A stretch of DNA of 33,130 nt from Desulfobacterales bacterium (GCA_040771865.1 JAXGZF010000009.1:124001-157130), one strand, 5' to 3'; numbered from the stretch's first letter, positions 9,625 to 20,669 are shown. Notes: a model not told the origin generated them from the sequence alone. Numbers and translations: made by a program.

Positions 9625-11895
9625 TCAGGACCAGTTGCATGCCTTTTGCGCGCTCTGAGCCTGCGCCACGGTAATGGCGATCACGTTGACCACGTTTTCC
9701 ATGTCCGTGCCCCGCTGCAAAACGTTAAACGGCTTGCTGATGCCCATCAGCAGAGGCCCCACGGCCTTTGCGCCGCCCAGGCGCTCCAGCAGCTTGAAAG
9801 CGACGTTACCGGCGGCCAGATCCGAGAAAATCAATACATTGGCCGGTCCGCCCAGCCGGTTGAAAGGAAATTGCCGGGTTAGAATTTCCTCGGATACCGC
9901 GGTATCGGCCTGCATCTCTCCGTCGATGACCAGATCGGGTTTGCGTTTCCGGACAATTTCCACGGCGCGTTCCACCCTTTTGGTATCCGGATGCTGGGTG
10001 CTGCCGAAGTTGGAGAAGGAAAGCATGGCCACCCTGGGCCGGATATCCAGGAATTCCGCCATTTCTGCGGTCTGCAGGGCGATTTCCGCAAGATCCTCGG
10101 AGTCGGGATGAATATTGACGGTTGCGTCGGCAAAAAGCAGAATGCGGCCCCGCAGACACATCAGGTACCCCCCGCACACCTTTCGTACGCCGGCCCGGCG
10201 CTGGATCACCTGCAGAACCGGACGGATGGCCTCGGGATAGGATCTTGTGATTCCGTGAACCTGTCCGTCGACCAGGCCTTCGTGAACCATCATGGCGCCG
10301 AAGATATACCGGTTCTGAAGCTGGCGGCGGGTCTCATCCATGGACCATCCTTTTCGGGCCCGCATCTGAAAAAGCTTGGGCGCGAATTCCTTGTTCAACT
10401 CACTGGTCGTATGATCCAGAATCTCTATCCCGTCCAGAGGAATATGAAGCTCCTTGGCCAGCATTCGAATCTCACGGGGGTTGCCCAGCAGCAGAACCTG
10501 GGCGATGTTTTCTTCCACAGCCTGGTGGGCCGCGCGCAGCACTACCGGATCATTGCCCTCGGGAAGAACGATGTGCTTGGGATCACGCTGGGCGCGGGTA
10601 ATCAATTTGCGCAGGGTCTCACGCTCGGGACCGAGCAGGGCTTCAAGAGACTGAACATAATGCGAATGGGATGGCAGCTCGACCCGGGCCGCTCCGCTTT
10701 GAACCGCCGCCTGGGCCACGGCGGGCGTAACCTTCAGAAGAACGCGGGAATCAAGGGGCTTGGGGATGATGTATTCCGGACCGAACTGAAACGCGCAATC
10801 TCCGTAAGCGCGAATTACCGAATCGGAAACATTTTCACGGGCCAGCTCGGCCAGCGCTCTGACCGCGGCCACCTTCATCTGGATGTTGATGGCCCGGGCG
10901 CGCACATCCAGGGCGCCTCGGAAAATATAGGGAAAACCCAGAACATTGTTGACCTGATTGGGATAGTCCGATCGGCCGGTGGCAACAATCGCATCGGGCC
11001 GGGCCGCTTTGGCCTCATCGTAATCGATCTCGGAATCCGGATTGGCCAACGCGAAAATAATCGGCCGTTCGTTCATGGTGGATATCAGTTCCGGCGTAAA
11101 CGCGCCTTTCACGGACAGGCCCACCAGCACGTCGGCACCGCGGACCGCCTCGGCCAGGGTGCGCATCGGGGTGTCGACGGCCCACTCCTCCTTGTAGGGG
11201 TTCATTCCCTTAGTGCGGCCCCTGTAAATGATTCCCTTGGAGTCCGCAAAAATCACGTTTTCCTTTTGAACCCCGATTTCGAGATACAGGCGCGCACTGG
11301 CAAGAGCCGCGGCCCCGGCGCCGTTGATCACCACGCGCAGATCCTCCATTTTCCGCTCCGTCAGCCTGGCGGCATTCAGAAGCGCGGCGGCCGATATGAT
11401 CGCCGTGCCATGCTGATCGTCGTGAAACACGGGAATCGACATCTGCCGAATGAGCTGTTCCTCGATGTAAAAGCATTCCGGTGCGCTGATGTCTTCCAGG
11501 TTGATGCCGCCGAAAGTGGGTTCAAGCGACTTGACGATTCGAATGAATTCGTCCGGATCCTTGGTGTTGATCTCGATGTCGAAGACATCGATATTGGCAA
11601 AGCGTTTGAAGAGAACGGCCTTGCCTTCCATGACGGGCTTTCCGGCCAGGGGACCGATGTTCCCGAGGCCCAGGACAGCCGTTCCGTTGGTAACAACGCC
11701 GACCAGGTTGCCGCGGGAAGTATAATCAAAGGAGAGATTGGGGTCTTTCTGAATTTTCATACAGGGAACGGCAACCCCCGGCGTATAGGCCAGACTCAGG
11801 TCCGACTGAGTCAGGCATCGTTTCAGGGGAACGACCTCGATCTTTCCGGGGCGGGGGTTTTTGTGATAGTAAAGCGCTTCTCTTTCGTAGAGCAT
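9625..11895 (-). CDS. maeB: NADP-dependent malic enzyme with phosphotransacetylase-like C-terminal domain
   Basis: [50 protein letters not shown]-like LSFSNFGS and DGEMQAD. Start corrected to ATG 11895 (AAGGAG RBS). Confidence 0.95.
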   Translation of the reverse strand: MLYEREALYYHKNPRPGKIEVVPLKRCLTQSDLSLAYTPGVAVPCMKIQKDPNLSFDYTSRGNLVGVVTNGTAVLGLGNIGPLAGKPVMEGKAVLFKRFANIDVFDIEINTKDPDEFIRIVKSLEPTFGGINLEDISAPECFYIEEQLIRQMSIPVFHDDQHGTAIISAAALLNAARLTERKMEDLRVVINGAGAAALASARLYLEIGVQKENVIFADSKGIIYRGRTKGMNPYKEEWAVDTPMRTLAEAVRGADVLVGLSVKGAFTPELISTMNERPIIFALANPDSEIDYDEAKAARPDAIVATGRSDYPNQVNNVLGFPYIFRGALDVRARAINIQMKVAAVRALAELARENVSDSVIRAYGDCAFQFGPEYIIPKPLDSRVLLKVTPAVAQAAVQSGAARVELPSHSHYVQSLEALLGPERETLRKLITRAQRDPKHIVLPEGNDPVVLRAAHQAVEENIAQVLLLGNPREIRMLAKELHIPLDGIEILDHTTSELNKEFAPKLFQMRARKGWSMDETRRQLQNRYIFGAMMVHEGLVDGQVHGITRSYPEAIRPVLQVIQRRAGVRKVCGGYLMCLRGRILLFADATVNIHPDSEDLAEIALQTAEMAEFLDIRPRVAMLSFSNFGSTQHPDTKRVERAVEIVRKRKPDLVIDGEMQADTAVSEEILTRQFPFNRLGGPANVLIFSDLAAGNVAFKLLERLGGAKAVGPLLMGISKPFNVLQRGTDMENVVNVIAITVAQAQSAQKACNWS

Positions 11896-12234
11896 TGAAC
11901 AAACTCCTTGTTTCTTTCGTTTCCGCACCGCTTTCGATCCTGCCCGGCGGAACACCCCCCGAACAAGCCGAAGTCCACGGACCGGAATCCATATCATCTG
12001 GCCGTCATACGACCCTGTAAGTTCCTGTAAATCATTTATGCAACGAAATCAAAGAAAACCGATGCTTTTGTTCAACTGAACCCGGTTTTACAAACGAACG
12101 GCCATGATCGAAAGCTCGATGCACAAAAGGATCAACTGGCTTGAAACCGCGGCAAGGGAACCGGTTCACCCTGAAGTATTAGAAGTTTAAAAAATGCGCC
12201 CTTCCTGGCGACACCAGACAGCACATCGGACCTG

Positions 12235-12987
12235 CTAAGAACCTTTGTCAAACCACCTGCGGAAAAGTCCGTATTTGAGGATCGCGCATATCGCCCTGAA
12301 ACCGTCCTTGACCCCGATCTTTTTGCCCTCCGAATAAGTCCGGCCGTAGTAGGAGATTCCCACCTCATAGAAAACAAATTTTTTACGAGCCAGCTTGGCG
12401 GTCACTTCCGGTTCAAAGCCGAACCGGTTTTCCTCGATTTGAATGGACTGGATCACCTCGCGACGGAAGGCCTTGTAGCAGGTTTCCATGTCGGACAGGT
12501 TCAGGTCGGTGAGGGCATTGGAAAGCAGGGTGAGAAAACGGTTGCCCAGCATGTGCCAGAAATAAACCACGCGGTGGGCCTCGCTGCCGACAAACCGGGA
12601 GCCGTACACCACATCGGCGTTCCGATTCAGAATCGGATCGATGAGGCGGGGGTATTCCTGAGGATCGTACTCCAGATCGGCATCCTGGATGATGACGATC
12701 TGGCCGGAAGCATGAGCCAGCCCCGTTCGCAGGGCCGCACCCTTCCCCTGGTTGACGTCGTGAAAAATCACCCGGTCCACCATCGGCGCAACGGCGGTCT
12801 GCAATATTTCCCGGGTTCCGTCCGTGGAGGCGTCGTCGACGACAATGATCTGCATGCGACGAACCGGGGCGCTCCGAACCCGGTCCACAATGGCCGAAAT
12901 GGTCTTTGCCTCGTTGTAGCAGGGAATCACGACGGACAGCGCATAGTTTTCCGGGTCAATCGCCGGCTTTGTTAGATTCGGGTTCAT
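12235..12987 (-). CDS. GT2 glycosyltransferase, polyprenol-phosphate (DPM1-like) type
   Basis: [49 protein letters not shown] overlap with the upstream gene. Confidence 0.92.
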   Translation of the reverse strand: MNPNLTKPAIDPENYALSVVIPCYNEAKTISAIVDRVRSAPVRRMQIIVVDDASTDGTREILQTAVAPMVDRVIFHDVNQGKGAALRTGLAHASGQIVIIQDADLEYDPQEYPRLIDPILNRNADVVYGSRFVGSEAHRVVYFWHMLGNRFLTLLSNALTDLNLSDMETCYKAFRREVIQSIQIEENRFGFEPEVTAKLARKKFVFYEVGISYYGRTYSEGKKIGVKDGFRAICAILKYGLFRRWFDKGS

Positions 12988-14594
12988 GGGTTGCGCTCCT
13001 CTTCAGCAGACAGGGCCGCTTTAAAAATGAATCCGTCTTCCCCCTGATAGACGATGTTCAGGGGCAGATGTTTTTTCAGGTCTTCGGCGCTGGGAAGATA
13101 CCACCGCCAGTCGATCATATTAGCATACACCAGCACCCCGTCTTTTTGCGCAAGTTCCTGCATCATCCCGGAAATCTGCTTTTGAAAATCCGGATTTTTT
13201 CTTCGAACCCCCGGATTAAAGAGATTCGGAACCATCTTCGCGGGCCGGTCGGCCAGAATATCCAGGGCATCGGGCGCGTTTGAATAAATGAGCGTTTGCC
13301 GGGGAAGCGCTCTGACGCCGGCCATCAGTTCGGAGACCTGCCAGTATCTGGAAGCGTAGCCGCTCCCATTCTCGTAAAGCGCTCTCAGATCCGTTTTTAA
13401 AATAAAGACCTGGGCGAACGAAAAACCCAGAACCACCGCAATTACTCCGAGTACGTAAAAAGGCCGCGTAAAAGCTCGCCGTGCCTGAAGCGCCAGGTAC
13501 ATCAGAATGCTGAGTCCGACAATATACACCGGAGACAGAATACGCACATCCATCGGCGTATGGGCATCAAAAAAGGAAATCGACGCCATCAGCAGGACAA
13601 GATAGCAGATCAGAAAAACAGATGCCGTTGCCGGAAAAGCGGACAGGTCGTTCGAAAAATTCCCGTCCGCCTGAATCTTGCGGAGTTTGAGCCGGAAGGC
13701 CGCTCCCAGAAGGCAGAGCGCTGCCAGATAGATTCCCGCTTGAACCGGGTCCGGCGTCCATCCCGGCGCCATCATGGCGCCCACGGTGGCCAGCATTCCC
13801 TCGACCTGTTCGCCGGTGACGGGATGAATGATCAGGGCCCGGTTGGTCGCTGTTCCCGCCGCCAGGCGGTTTCGAATCATCCACAGGATCATGGGAAAAA
13901 CGCTGATCGCGCCAAACAGGGCCGCATCCCGGATTTTTTGTAAAACCGGATTTTTTGAAAACAGAAAAACGGCTGCAGCGCCCGCCAGCGCCAGGGAAGC
14001 GCCGATATACCGGGTCAAAAACGCCAGAGCCGTAAAAAGTCCAGCAAAAACAAGAGACAAACGCCGGTCGGTCTCTAGAAAACCGGCCAGTGCAATCAGG
14101 CTCAGCAAGGTCCAGGAGACGAAAAGCGGTTCAGACCAGGCTCTGGCATGAATTATCAGCATGACCGGCGAGGTGATAAACAGAATGCTTCCCAGGCTCC
14201 ATCCGATGATGGATCTGCCAGAGGCCCGGTAAAAAAGATACCCCAGAACCCCGGTATTGGCGGCAAACAGAAAGCCGTGAATCCATCTTGCGCTGTGCAG
14301 CGGATCGGTTCCGAAAACAGAGGCGCTCGCCAGCGTCAATGGGTACAGCGGTGGGTAATGGGTCATGGGGGTTCCCGGCGGATGGACCAGCCCGAGTTTT
14401 CGAACGATGTTTCTCGCCGCGCCGATGTAAACCGTGGAATCCGGCGTCAGGCCGATTCCCCAGCGTGTTGCGACCCAAATCATCCAGACGGCGGTCATCG
14501 AAAACAGCGCACAGACAAGCGCCGCATGCATGGCGCTGGTTGAATGCTCTCCGGAATCGGGTTTCGAAAACGGCCTCACAGGCTTACTTTGCAT
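12984..14594 (-). CDS. Multi-TM GT-C glycosyltransferase (ArnT/PMT-like)
   Basis: TPDSTVY...ARN, HYPPLYP, WSEPLF, LTRYIG motifs; many hydrophobic segments. Start uncertain (14594, 14645 or 14732). Confidence 0.75.
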   Translation of the reverse strand: MQSKPVRPFSKPDSGEHSTSAMHAALVCALFSMTAVWMIWVATRWGIGLTPDSTVYIGAARNIVRKLGLVHPPGTPMTHYPPLYPLTLASASVFGTDPLHSARWIHGFLFAANTGVLGYLFYRASGRSIIGWSLGSILFITSPVMLIIHARAWSEPLFVSWTLLSLIALAGFLETDRRLSLVFAGLFTALAFLTRYIGASLALAGAAAVFLFSKNPVLQKIRDAALFGAISVFPMILWMIRNRLAAGTATNRALIIHPVTGEQVEGMLATVGAMMAPGWTPDPVQAGIYLAALCLLGAAFRLKLRKIQADGNFSNDLSAFPATASVFLICYLVLLMASISFFDAHTPMDVRILSPVYIVGLSILMYLALQARRAFTRPFYVLGVIAVVLGFSFAQVFILKTDLRALYENGSGYASRYWQVSELMAGVRALPRQTLIYSNAPDALDILADRPAKMVPNLFNPGVRRKNPDFQKQISGMMQELAQKDGVLVYANMIDWRWYLPSAEDLKKHLPLNIVYQGEDGFIFKAALSAEEERNP

Positions 14595-14735
14595 CTTTGA
14601 GTTTTCAGCGGTTGCCGCGACGCCGGACGATGAAGCATCCGGCATTTGTCTCAAAAACAGATACAGGCCGTGTGCCGGAACCTCGCGGCGAGGCGACGGC
14701 ACACGACCTGTATTACAGCTATCTGCGGGCAAGGG

Positions 14736-15314
14736 TCAAAACAATTTTACGAGGCTTCTTTTGCAGAATCCGACCGCGACCTCTTTCATACCCGGAACGG
14801 TTTCCATGCCCATAGCCCGCTGTCGAATCAACGTTCGAATCATCAGGGTGATCAGTTTCACGGTCTGGGGAATCGGAACTCTTTTAAATTCTCCGGACCG
14901 TATCCCCCTTCTAAGGCATTGTGTTAAAAACCCTTCCAGCCAGGAATCCAGTCGTTCGAGACCTTGGCGGCACACTTCCTGAGCATCCTTGAGTTTTGAA
15001 GGACAGGAACCGAGAATCAGGGTGGTTTCCCTGGGCTTTCGGTCAACAAACTCATAATACGCAGCAAAGAGTCTTTCGATCTTTTTGAATTCCGTGGCGG
15101 TTTTGCCCTCAACTGCTTTGAGCAGCACAAAGAACTCCTCAAGGGTAGAGGTCAGAATGTAGGCGAAAAGGTCGTGCTTTCCCTTGAAATGATAATAGAT
15201 CATCGGCTCGGTCACACCGGCCGTCCGGGCGATCTCCAGAGTCGTGGAGCCGTTAAAACCGCGCGTGGCGAAAAGTTCGGCCGCAGCCTCGATCAGGTCT
15301 TCTTTTGTACCCAA
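14736..15314 (-). CDS. TetR/AcrR family transcriptional regulator
   Basis: LIEAAAELFATRGFNGSTTLEIARTAGVTEPMIYYHFKGK helix-turn-helix; TTG start with GGAGG 6 nt upstream. Confidence 0.93.
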   Translation of the reverse strand: MGTKEDLIEAAAELFATRGFNGSTTLEIARTAGVTEPMIYYHFKGKHDLFAYILTSTLEEFFVLLKAVEGKTATEFKKIERLFAAYYEFVDRKPRETTLILGSCPSKLKDAQEVCRQGLERLDSWLEGFLTQCLRRGIRSGEFKRVPIPQTVKLITLMIRTLIRQRAMGMETVPGMKEVAVGFCKRSLVKLF

Positions 15315-15366
15315 GCATTACCTCCCATGTATAATGGATGCATCTGCAACAGAAGTCTCTGTGTTT

Positions 15367-15430
15367 GACGGTCTCGTCAAAATCACAATGACGGATGCGA
15401 CGCGGAAACTGGATTTTTTACAAAACCTCC
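15367..15430. repeat. Possible degenerate short inverted-repeat element
   Basis: GACGGTCTCGTCAAAATC ... GATTTTTTACAAAACCTCC imperfect inverted ends; local palindrome TTTGACG-N4-CGTCAAA. Single copy in the window. Confidence 0.35.
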
Positions 15431-15520
15431 ATTTTAGTAAAAGCTACAATTCCAAATCTGTCAATCCAAATTCATCAAAACTTGAAATTTATTTTTCTCA
15501 AACACGTCAAACGGAATGGA

Positions 15521-15772
15521 TTTGCCACAAAGCACAGAGAAAAACGGAGTTTAAAGAGAGTTTGAACCACGAAGGACATGAAGCTCACGAAGAACGATGG
15601 TTATTTCTATGTTTTTCAGTATGTTACCATTTATTACAAAAAATCACACAAAATATAAAAATTAAGGGCTTCATTCCACGTAACCTTCGTGATCTTCATG
15701 ATCTTCGTGGTAAAAAAATTAAAATAAAATCTTCATTCCGCTAAACCTTCGCGCCCTTGGAGAATTTCCGCC
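15521..15772. repeat. Dispersed repeat family B, copy 2
   Basis: TTTGAACCACGAAGGACATGAAGCTCACGAAG ... CTTCATTCC...CCTTCGTGATCTTCATGATCTTCGTGGTAAAAAA, then a second CTTCATTCCGCTAAACCTTCG module. Confidence 0.8.
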
Positions 15773-15774
15773 TG

Positions 15775-16284
15775 TTAAGTCTCCAGAACCACCTGCGCAA
15801 TGGTGATGCGCTCAGATTTCGAAACACCGGGGTTTTCCCTGACATACAAAGCATTTACGGCCCAGAGCATTTCGTTGAGCCGGTTCAGATCAATGACGTC
15901 GGACATGGGCAGGCTGGAAATATTTCGAAAGTTCTTCGGACAGGCGTCGATTCTTCCATCCTCATCCGGAACCAGAATAGGCATGCCATGGGTCCGGCAG
16001 ATAATCGGGCGGGCGTCATAAACCAGGCAGGCGTCCTCGTGAAGCAGCGGGCAGGCGTCGGTCTGTTTCCGGGCCCTTTGACGGGCCGCCAGCAGGACTT
16101 CCGGGGAAAGACGCCGCACGGCCTTGCTCAGAACCGCGGCCTCCACCGGAAAAACCGATATGTTCCGGCAGCAGTCCCCGCAGCTTTTCCGGCAGGCGAT
16201 ATGCGCGGCGTATTTGAACTGGATCCGGGCGCAGGCGGCATCCACTTTCGCCACCAGGGTCCTGTAGCCGGACAGAGCGCTCAA
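15775..16284 (-). CDS. YkgJ family cysteine-cluster protein
   Basis: CRKSCGDCC, CPLL, CLVYDARPIICRTHG, CPKNF. Start corrected to TTG 16284 (GAGG RBS); the longer ORF extends into a family A repeat. Confidence 0.85.
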   Translation of the reverse strand: MSALSGYRTLVAKVDAACARIQFKYAAHIACRKSCGDCCRNISVFPVEAAVLSKAVRRLSPEVLLAARQRARKQTDACPLLHEDACLVYDARPIICRTHGMPILVPDEDGRIDACPKNFRNISSLPMSDVIDLNRLNEMLWAVNALYVRENPGVSKSERITIAQVVLET

Positions 16285-16329
16285 AAAAACCTCTTTTCGT
16301 GAACATCCGGCGCCATTCGGACGCCTTTG

Positions 16330-16443
16330 AACCCGGCCGTCAAGCAAAGGCGCGCGGCGATGCGACAAAAGCATATGTGAGCATTGTAAAAACCGCACAA
16401 CGCCCAATGGCGGCCTCAGGCGCGGTTTTTCAACAATCTGTTA
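16330..16443. mobile_element. Family A element, left end eroded
   Basis: GGCCGTCAAGCAAAGGCGCGCGGCGATGCGAC...GCATATGTGAGCATT...TGGCGGCCTCAGGCGCGGTTTTTCAACAATCTGTTA, colinear with 7113-7261. Confidence 0.75.
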
Positions 16444-16974
16444 CAGATCGGTCATTCCGAAACTCTCGCCCCAGACTTCAACCAGCCTGTGAGTGCGGGT
16501 TCGCATCCGGTCCGAAACCACCCGGTACAAGCGCGTCATGATCTGGAAGCCGGTTCGGGGGTCGTTTTCGAAAAGCTCCTTGAGGATATCGGCGGATACG
16601 AAAAATGCTTCGCCGGCCTTGGTGCAGGTAACCGTGGCGCTTTGATATCCGTCCTCCAGCAGGGAAGACCAGCCGAAGATTTCTCCCGGAGCAATCGTGT
16701 CCACCGCCACGGGTTTCTGCATCGTTTTCACCCGCGCCAGGGCGCCTTTTTCGGTCCGGAAATCATGTGCAAGCATCTGATAGGTAAACGTCAGGGAGAG
16801 CTCGACCTCGCCGCTCAAAACCCCGTAAAGGTACTTGGCGGGTTCGTCCTGGGCCACGATCACCATTCCGGGCGTCAGGGACATGACCTCGCAGTGACGC
16901 GCGATGGATTCCAGTTGCTTCTCATCGATGCCTGAAAAGACCGGAAACTGTTCCAACCGCTTTTTGTCCAGCAT
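16441..16974 (-). CDS. Stand-alone cyclic-nucleotide-binding-like domain protein
   Basis: FPVFSGI, YLYGVLSGEVEL, PGEIFGWSSLL, SATVTC; no helix-turn-helix. Start ATG 16974 (AAGGAGG RBS). Confidence 0.85.
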   Translation of the reverse strand: MLDKKRLEQFPVFSGIDEKQLESIARHCEVMSLTPGMVIVAQDEPAKYLYGVLSGEVELSLTFTYQMLAHDFRTEKGALARVKTMQKPVAVDTIAPGEIFGWSSLLEDGYQSATVTCTKAGEAFFVSADILKELFENDPRTGFQIMTRLYRVVSDRMRTRTHRLVEVWGESFGMTDL

Positions 16975-17071
16975 AGCTGCCTCCTTGATTTCGGGCACGG
17001 TTAGGGCAACCCGAACTTCATGTATCATTTCGAAAACAACGCTGATTCGGAACCTCTTTCGAAATAGTATT

Positions 17072-18055
17072 TCATTCAGCGTTTATGTATATATCAGATT
17101 CCGGCAGTCGAAGATAGTTTTTCAGCATTCGATGCATCAAGCGGTAGGGATTTTCCCTGCGCTCCATAATGTCCGAAACCAGCTGGTCCATGCGATGGTT
17201 CTGCGTCAGATGGGCCTTGATCACGCGGAACAGCTCGTAATGAATCATCTGAAGCGTTTCGTCGCGGGTCCGCTCCCGGCGTTTGTCGATCAGCCGGTTG
17301 TTTTGTTCCAGATAGATTCGATGCGCCTGAATCGCATCGAACATCAGATCGATGCCCTCATTTTCCGTGGCCACGGTCTGAACCACCGGAGGGGGCCATT
17401 CCCGGGCGCGGATTTCAACATCCTGGGCCACCCGGTGGGTGACTTCCGCGCAAAGCTGATCCGCTCCTGGCCGGTCGGACTTGTTGATCACATAGACATC
17501 GGCGATTTCCATCACCCCGGCCTTCATGCTCTGAATCACATCGCCCAGGCCGGGCACCAGCACCAGGCAGACCGTATCGGCGATTCGAATGATATCCACC
17601 TCGTCCTGGCCCACGCCCACGGTTTCGATCAGGACAACGTCCTTACCAGCGGCGTCCAGCACCTTGACCGCATTGCCGGTGGCCTGGGCCAGCCCGCCGA
17701 GATAACCGCGGGTGGCCATGCTGCGGATAAACACGCCCGGATCCATGGCGATATCGCCCATCCGCACCCGGTCTCCGAGAATGGCGCCGCCGGTAAAGGG
17801 GCTGGTGGGGTCCACGGCCACTATGCCCACGGTAAACCCATGGGACCGCATTTTCTGGGTCAGCTTGTCGGTCAGGGAGCTTTTCCCGGACCCCGGGGAA
17901 CCGGTGATGCCCATAATATAGGCCCGGCCCGTGTGCGGATAGAGCTTTTCCATGCACGCCGAAGCCCTTTCATCATCATTTTCCAGCCAGGAAATCACCC
18001 GCGAGATGGCCTGCGGAGATCCTTTCAGAATTTCTGCGACATAATCGATGGCCAT
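17072..18055 (-). CDS. meaB: Methylmalonyl-CoA mutase-associated GTPase
   Basis: GITGSPGSGKS, AVDPTSPFTGGAILGDRVRM, FIRSMATRG, ETVGVGQDE, NKSD. Start 18055 (AGGA RBS) preferred; alternative 18130. Confidence 0.93.
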   Translation of the reverse strand: MAIDYVAEILKGSPQAISRVISWLENDDERASACMEKLYPHTGRAYIMGITGSPGSGKSSLTDKLTQKMRSHGFTVGIVAVDPTSPFTGGAILGDRVRMGDIAMDPGVFIRSMATRGYLGGLAQATGNAVKVLDAAGKDVVLIETVGVGQDEVDIIRIADTVCLVLVPGLGDVIQSMKAGVMEIADVYVINKSDRPGADQLCAEVTHRVAQDVEIRAREWPPPVVQTVATENEGIDLMFDAIQAHRIYLEQNNRLIDKRRERTRDETLQMIHYELFRVIKAHLTQNHRMDQLVSDIMERRENPYRLMHRMLKNYLRLPESDIYINAE

Positions 18056-18116
18056 AAGAACAGTCCTGTCTTTTTGAAATTCTGGGGCGGACCCCGAAGC
18101 GTCCGCCCCGCCGGAA

Positions 18117-18515
18117 TTATTTCCTGACATTTTCCTTGATGAAACTGACGATCGTTTCGGTGTTCGTGCCGGGTCCGAAGATTTCCGCCACGCCGGCCTG
18201 CTTCAATCCCGGAATATCCTCCTTGGGAATGATACCCCCGCCGACCACCAGCACATCGTTCATCTTCTTCTCTCTCAGCAGTTCAACCACTCTGGGAAAG
18301 AAATAGTTGTGAACCCCGGAAAGGCTGCTCAGGCCGACGACGTCCGCATCCTCCTGAATGGCGGCCGCCACGATCATTTCCGGCGTCTGCCGCAGACCGG
18401 TATAGATCACCTCCATTCCGGCCTCGGCAAAAATCCTCGAAAGAAGCTTCGCGCCCCGGTCGTGTCCGTCAAGTCCGGGTTTGGCTACGATCATTTTTAT
18501 TTTTTTCTCTGCCAT
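18117..18515 (-). CDS. Cobalamin-binding small subunit of acyl-CoA mutase
   Basis: [10 protein letters not shown] (DxHxxG), GLSSLSG, GGIIP, FGPGT. Confidence 0.95.
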   Translation of the reverse strand: MAEKKIKMIVAKPGLDGHDRGAKLLSRIFAEAGMEVIYTGLRQTPEMIVAAAIQEDADVVGLSSLSGVHNYFFPRVVELLREKKMNDVLVVGGGIIPKEDIPGLKQAGVAEIFGPGTNTETIVSFIKENVRK

Positions 18516-18532
18516 GGCAAGTTACCTCCTGA

Positions 18533-20212
18533 TTAAATATATTCCTTGGGTCTGTATTCGCCATAAACCCCGCGCCACACATCGCAGATCTCGCCGACGG
18601 TGGCCTTGGCCTTGACGGCTCGAATCACGGCGGGCATCACGTTTTCAGTGGTTCCGGACACCTCCCGCAGGTTGTCCAGTGCGCTCTTCCAAGCGCCCTG
18701 ATCGCGCCCGGCCCGAAGCTTCTTCAGCTTTTCGGCCTCAATTTCGCCCTGCTGCATGTTTACCTTGAGCAGGTTGGTCAGCGGGGGCTCTTCCATGGTG
18801 TACTTGTTGATGCCCACATAGATCCGTTCATTGGATTCGATCTCTTTCTGGAAACGGTAGGAACTGTTCTGAATTTCCTTCTGAATGTAACCCTGCTCGA
18901 TGGCGGAAAGGGTGCCGCCGATGGAATCGATCTTCCTGATGTATTCTTCGATGTCCGCCTCGATCTGGTCGGTCAGGGCCTCCACGTAATAGGAGCCGGC
19001 CAGCGGATCCACGGTGTCGGTCGCGCCGCTTTCCTCGGCCACGACCTGCTGAGTTCGAAGCGCCACGGTCACGGCCTCCTGGGTGGGCAGGCACAGGGCT
19101 TCGTCGTAGGAATTGGTATGCAGGGACTGGCATCCGCCAAGCGCCGCGGCATAAGTCTGAAGCGCCACGCGGACGATGTTGTTCATGGGCTGCTGCGCCG
19201 TCAGGGTGACGCCGCCGGTCTGAACATGGTAGCGGAGCATCATCGAACGTGCGTCCTTGGCCTTGAAACGGTCCTTCATGATTCTGGCCCAGCATCGACG
19301 GGCCGCCCTGAACTTGGCGACCTCCTCGCACACGTTGGTGAAGGCGTTGAAAAAGAAGCTCAGCCGCCCGGCAAACGCGTCCACATCCATGCCTCTTTCC
19401 ACACAGGCCTGAGTGTAGGCGATGCCGTCGGCCAGGGTAAAGGCCATCTCCTGAGCGGCCGTGGCGCCGGATTCCCGAATATGGTACCCGCTGATGCTGA
19501 TGCTGTTCCAGCGGGGCACCTGTTTCTGGCAGAATTCGATCAGGTCCACGGTCAGACGCATGGTGGGTTTGGGCGGAAAGATATACTGGCCGCGGCAGAT
19601 GATCTCCTTGAGAACGTCGTTCTGAATCGTGCCGCCGACCTTGTCCCAGGGCACTCCCTGCTCCTCGGCAAGCGCCAGGTACATGCCGAGCAGCACCGGC
19701 GCCGGCGCGTTGATGGTCATGGACGTGGTGACCTTGCCCAGCGGAATGCCGCCAAAGAGCACCCGCATGTCCTCGATCGAATCAACCGCCACGCCGACCT
19801 TGCCGACCTCGCCCATGGAAAGGGGATGGTCGCTGTCGTATCCGGCCTGAGTGGGAAGCTGGAACGCCACGCTCAGTCCGGTCTGGCCCTGATCGAGGAG
19901 GTACCGGTAGCGCGCGTTCGTCTCCTTGGCGCTGCCGAAGCCCGCATACTGGCGCATGGTCCAGTACCGGCCCCGGTACATCGTCGGCTGAACGCCCCGG
20001 GTGAAGGGATAGGTTCCCGGAAAGCCCAGGCCTTCGGCGTAATTCAGGCCGGAAACATCCAGTGGGGTGTAGAGCCGTTCGATGTTGGTGCCGGAGATCG
20101 AGGTGAACTCCTTTTTCTGTTCCCCCTGCTTGTCCAGAGTTTTTTTCAGTGTCTTGTCTTCCCAGTTCTGTCTTGCCTGCCGGATCTTCTCCAATTCGCT
20201 TTTGTCAAACAT
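18533..20212 (-). CDS. Methylmalonyl-CoA mutase-family large (substrate-binding) subunit
   Basis: PFTRG, WTMRQYAGFG, GTIQND, ISGYHIRE, SLHTNSYDEA. Start corrected to ATG 20212 (AGGAGG RBS); 559 aa. Confidence 0.93.
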   Translation of the reverse strand: MFDKSELEKIRQARQNWEDKTLKKTLDKQGEQKKEFTSISGTNIERLYTPLDVSGLNYAEGLGFPGTYPFTRGVQPTMYRGRYWTMRQYAGFGSAKETNARYRYLLDQGQTGLSVAFQLPTQAGYDSDHPLSMGEVGKVGVAVDSIEDMRVLFGGIPLGKVTTSMTINAPAPVLLGMYLALAEEQGVPWDKVGGTIQNDVLKEIICRGQYIFPPKPTMRLTVDLIEFCQKQVPRWNSISISGYHIRESGATAAQEMAFTLADGIAYTQACVERGMDVDAFAGRLSFFFNAFTNVCEEVAKFRAARRCWARIMKDRFKAKDARSMMLRYHVQTGGVTLTAQQPMNNIVRVALQTYAAALGGCQSLHTNSYDEALCLPTQEAVTVALRTQQVVAEESGATDTVDPLAGSYYVEALTDQIEADIEEYIRKIDSIGGTLSAIEQGYIQKEIQNSSYRFQKEIESNERIYVGINKYTMEEPPLTNLLKVNMQQGEIEAEKLKKLRAGRDQGAWKSALDNLREVSGTTENVMPAVIRAVKAKATVGEICDVWRGVYGEYRPKEYI

Positions 20213-20566
20213 GTTTAACCTCCTGCCAAACGGATTCCCGATGGTTATCCTTGTGTTGCCGTCAAAAACCAGGACGAAAAAGAGGTTCAGCGATGGGAAA
20301 ACGAAATGCCGGTTCGGACCGGACTCTGAATGCCGAATGCAAAATACAGCGTCAAGAACGGGAAACGACACCAAGGATAAAATATGGTCGGGGGCAACAG
20401 CGCCCCCCACTTCCCAGAAACGCCTTTTGGAAAAAAACGCATCGGCATTGTCTTGGCGACCTGCGGCTGATATTCAGTCGCGCAATCAATGCCGTCTGCG
20501 GTGTTGATTTAAATCTGGAAGAAATTGATTGCTACGGATTGTGGAATACTTCAAACCCCCGGTTTT

Positions 20567-20595
20567 AAAATGCCAGCCTAGATGATAGATGTCAA
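20567..20595 (-). promoter_or_regulatory. Candidate sigma70 promoter for the mutase operon
   Basis: Minus strand TTGACA-N17-CATTTT with TG extended -10; the -10 hexamer is weak. Confidence 0.35.
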
Positions 20596-20669
20596 TAAAA
20601 TTTTCTGCATTAAAATTAGCTTTTGATCACTGTTTATTTATTGAATCAAAATTTTCAAACTCAGAAAGC

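Noticed and set aside
9991..11898. 635-aa + strand ORF (also 7465-8460, 8482-9414, 16904-18127, 19118-20218, 23001-23984)
   Set aside because: Antisense shadows of well-supported GC-rich genes; no recognisable motifs.
20225..20430. Cobalamin riboswitch upstream of the mutase
   Set aside because: Only GGGAAG and GCCCCCG fragments on the minus strand; no ACTGT, GCCACTG or B12-box.
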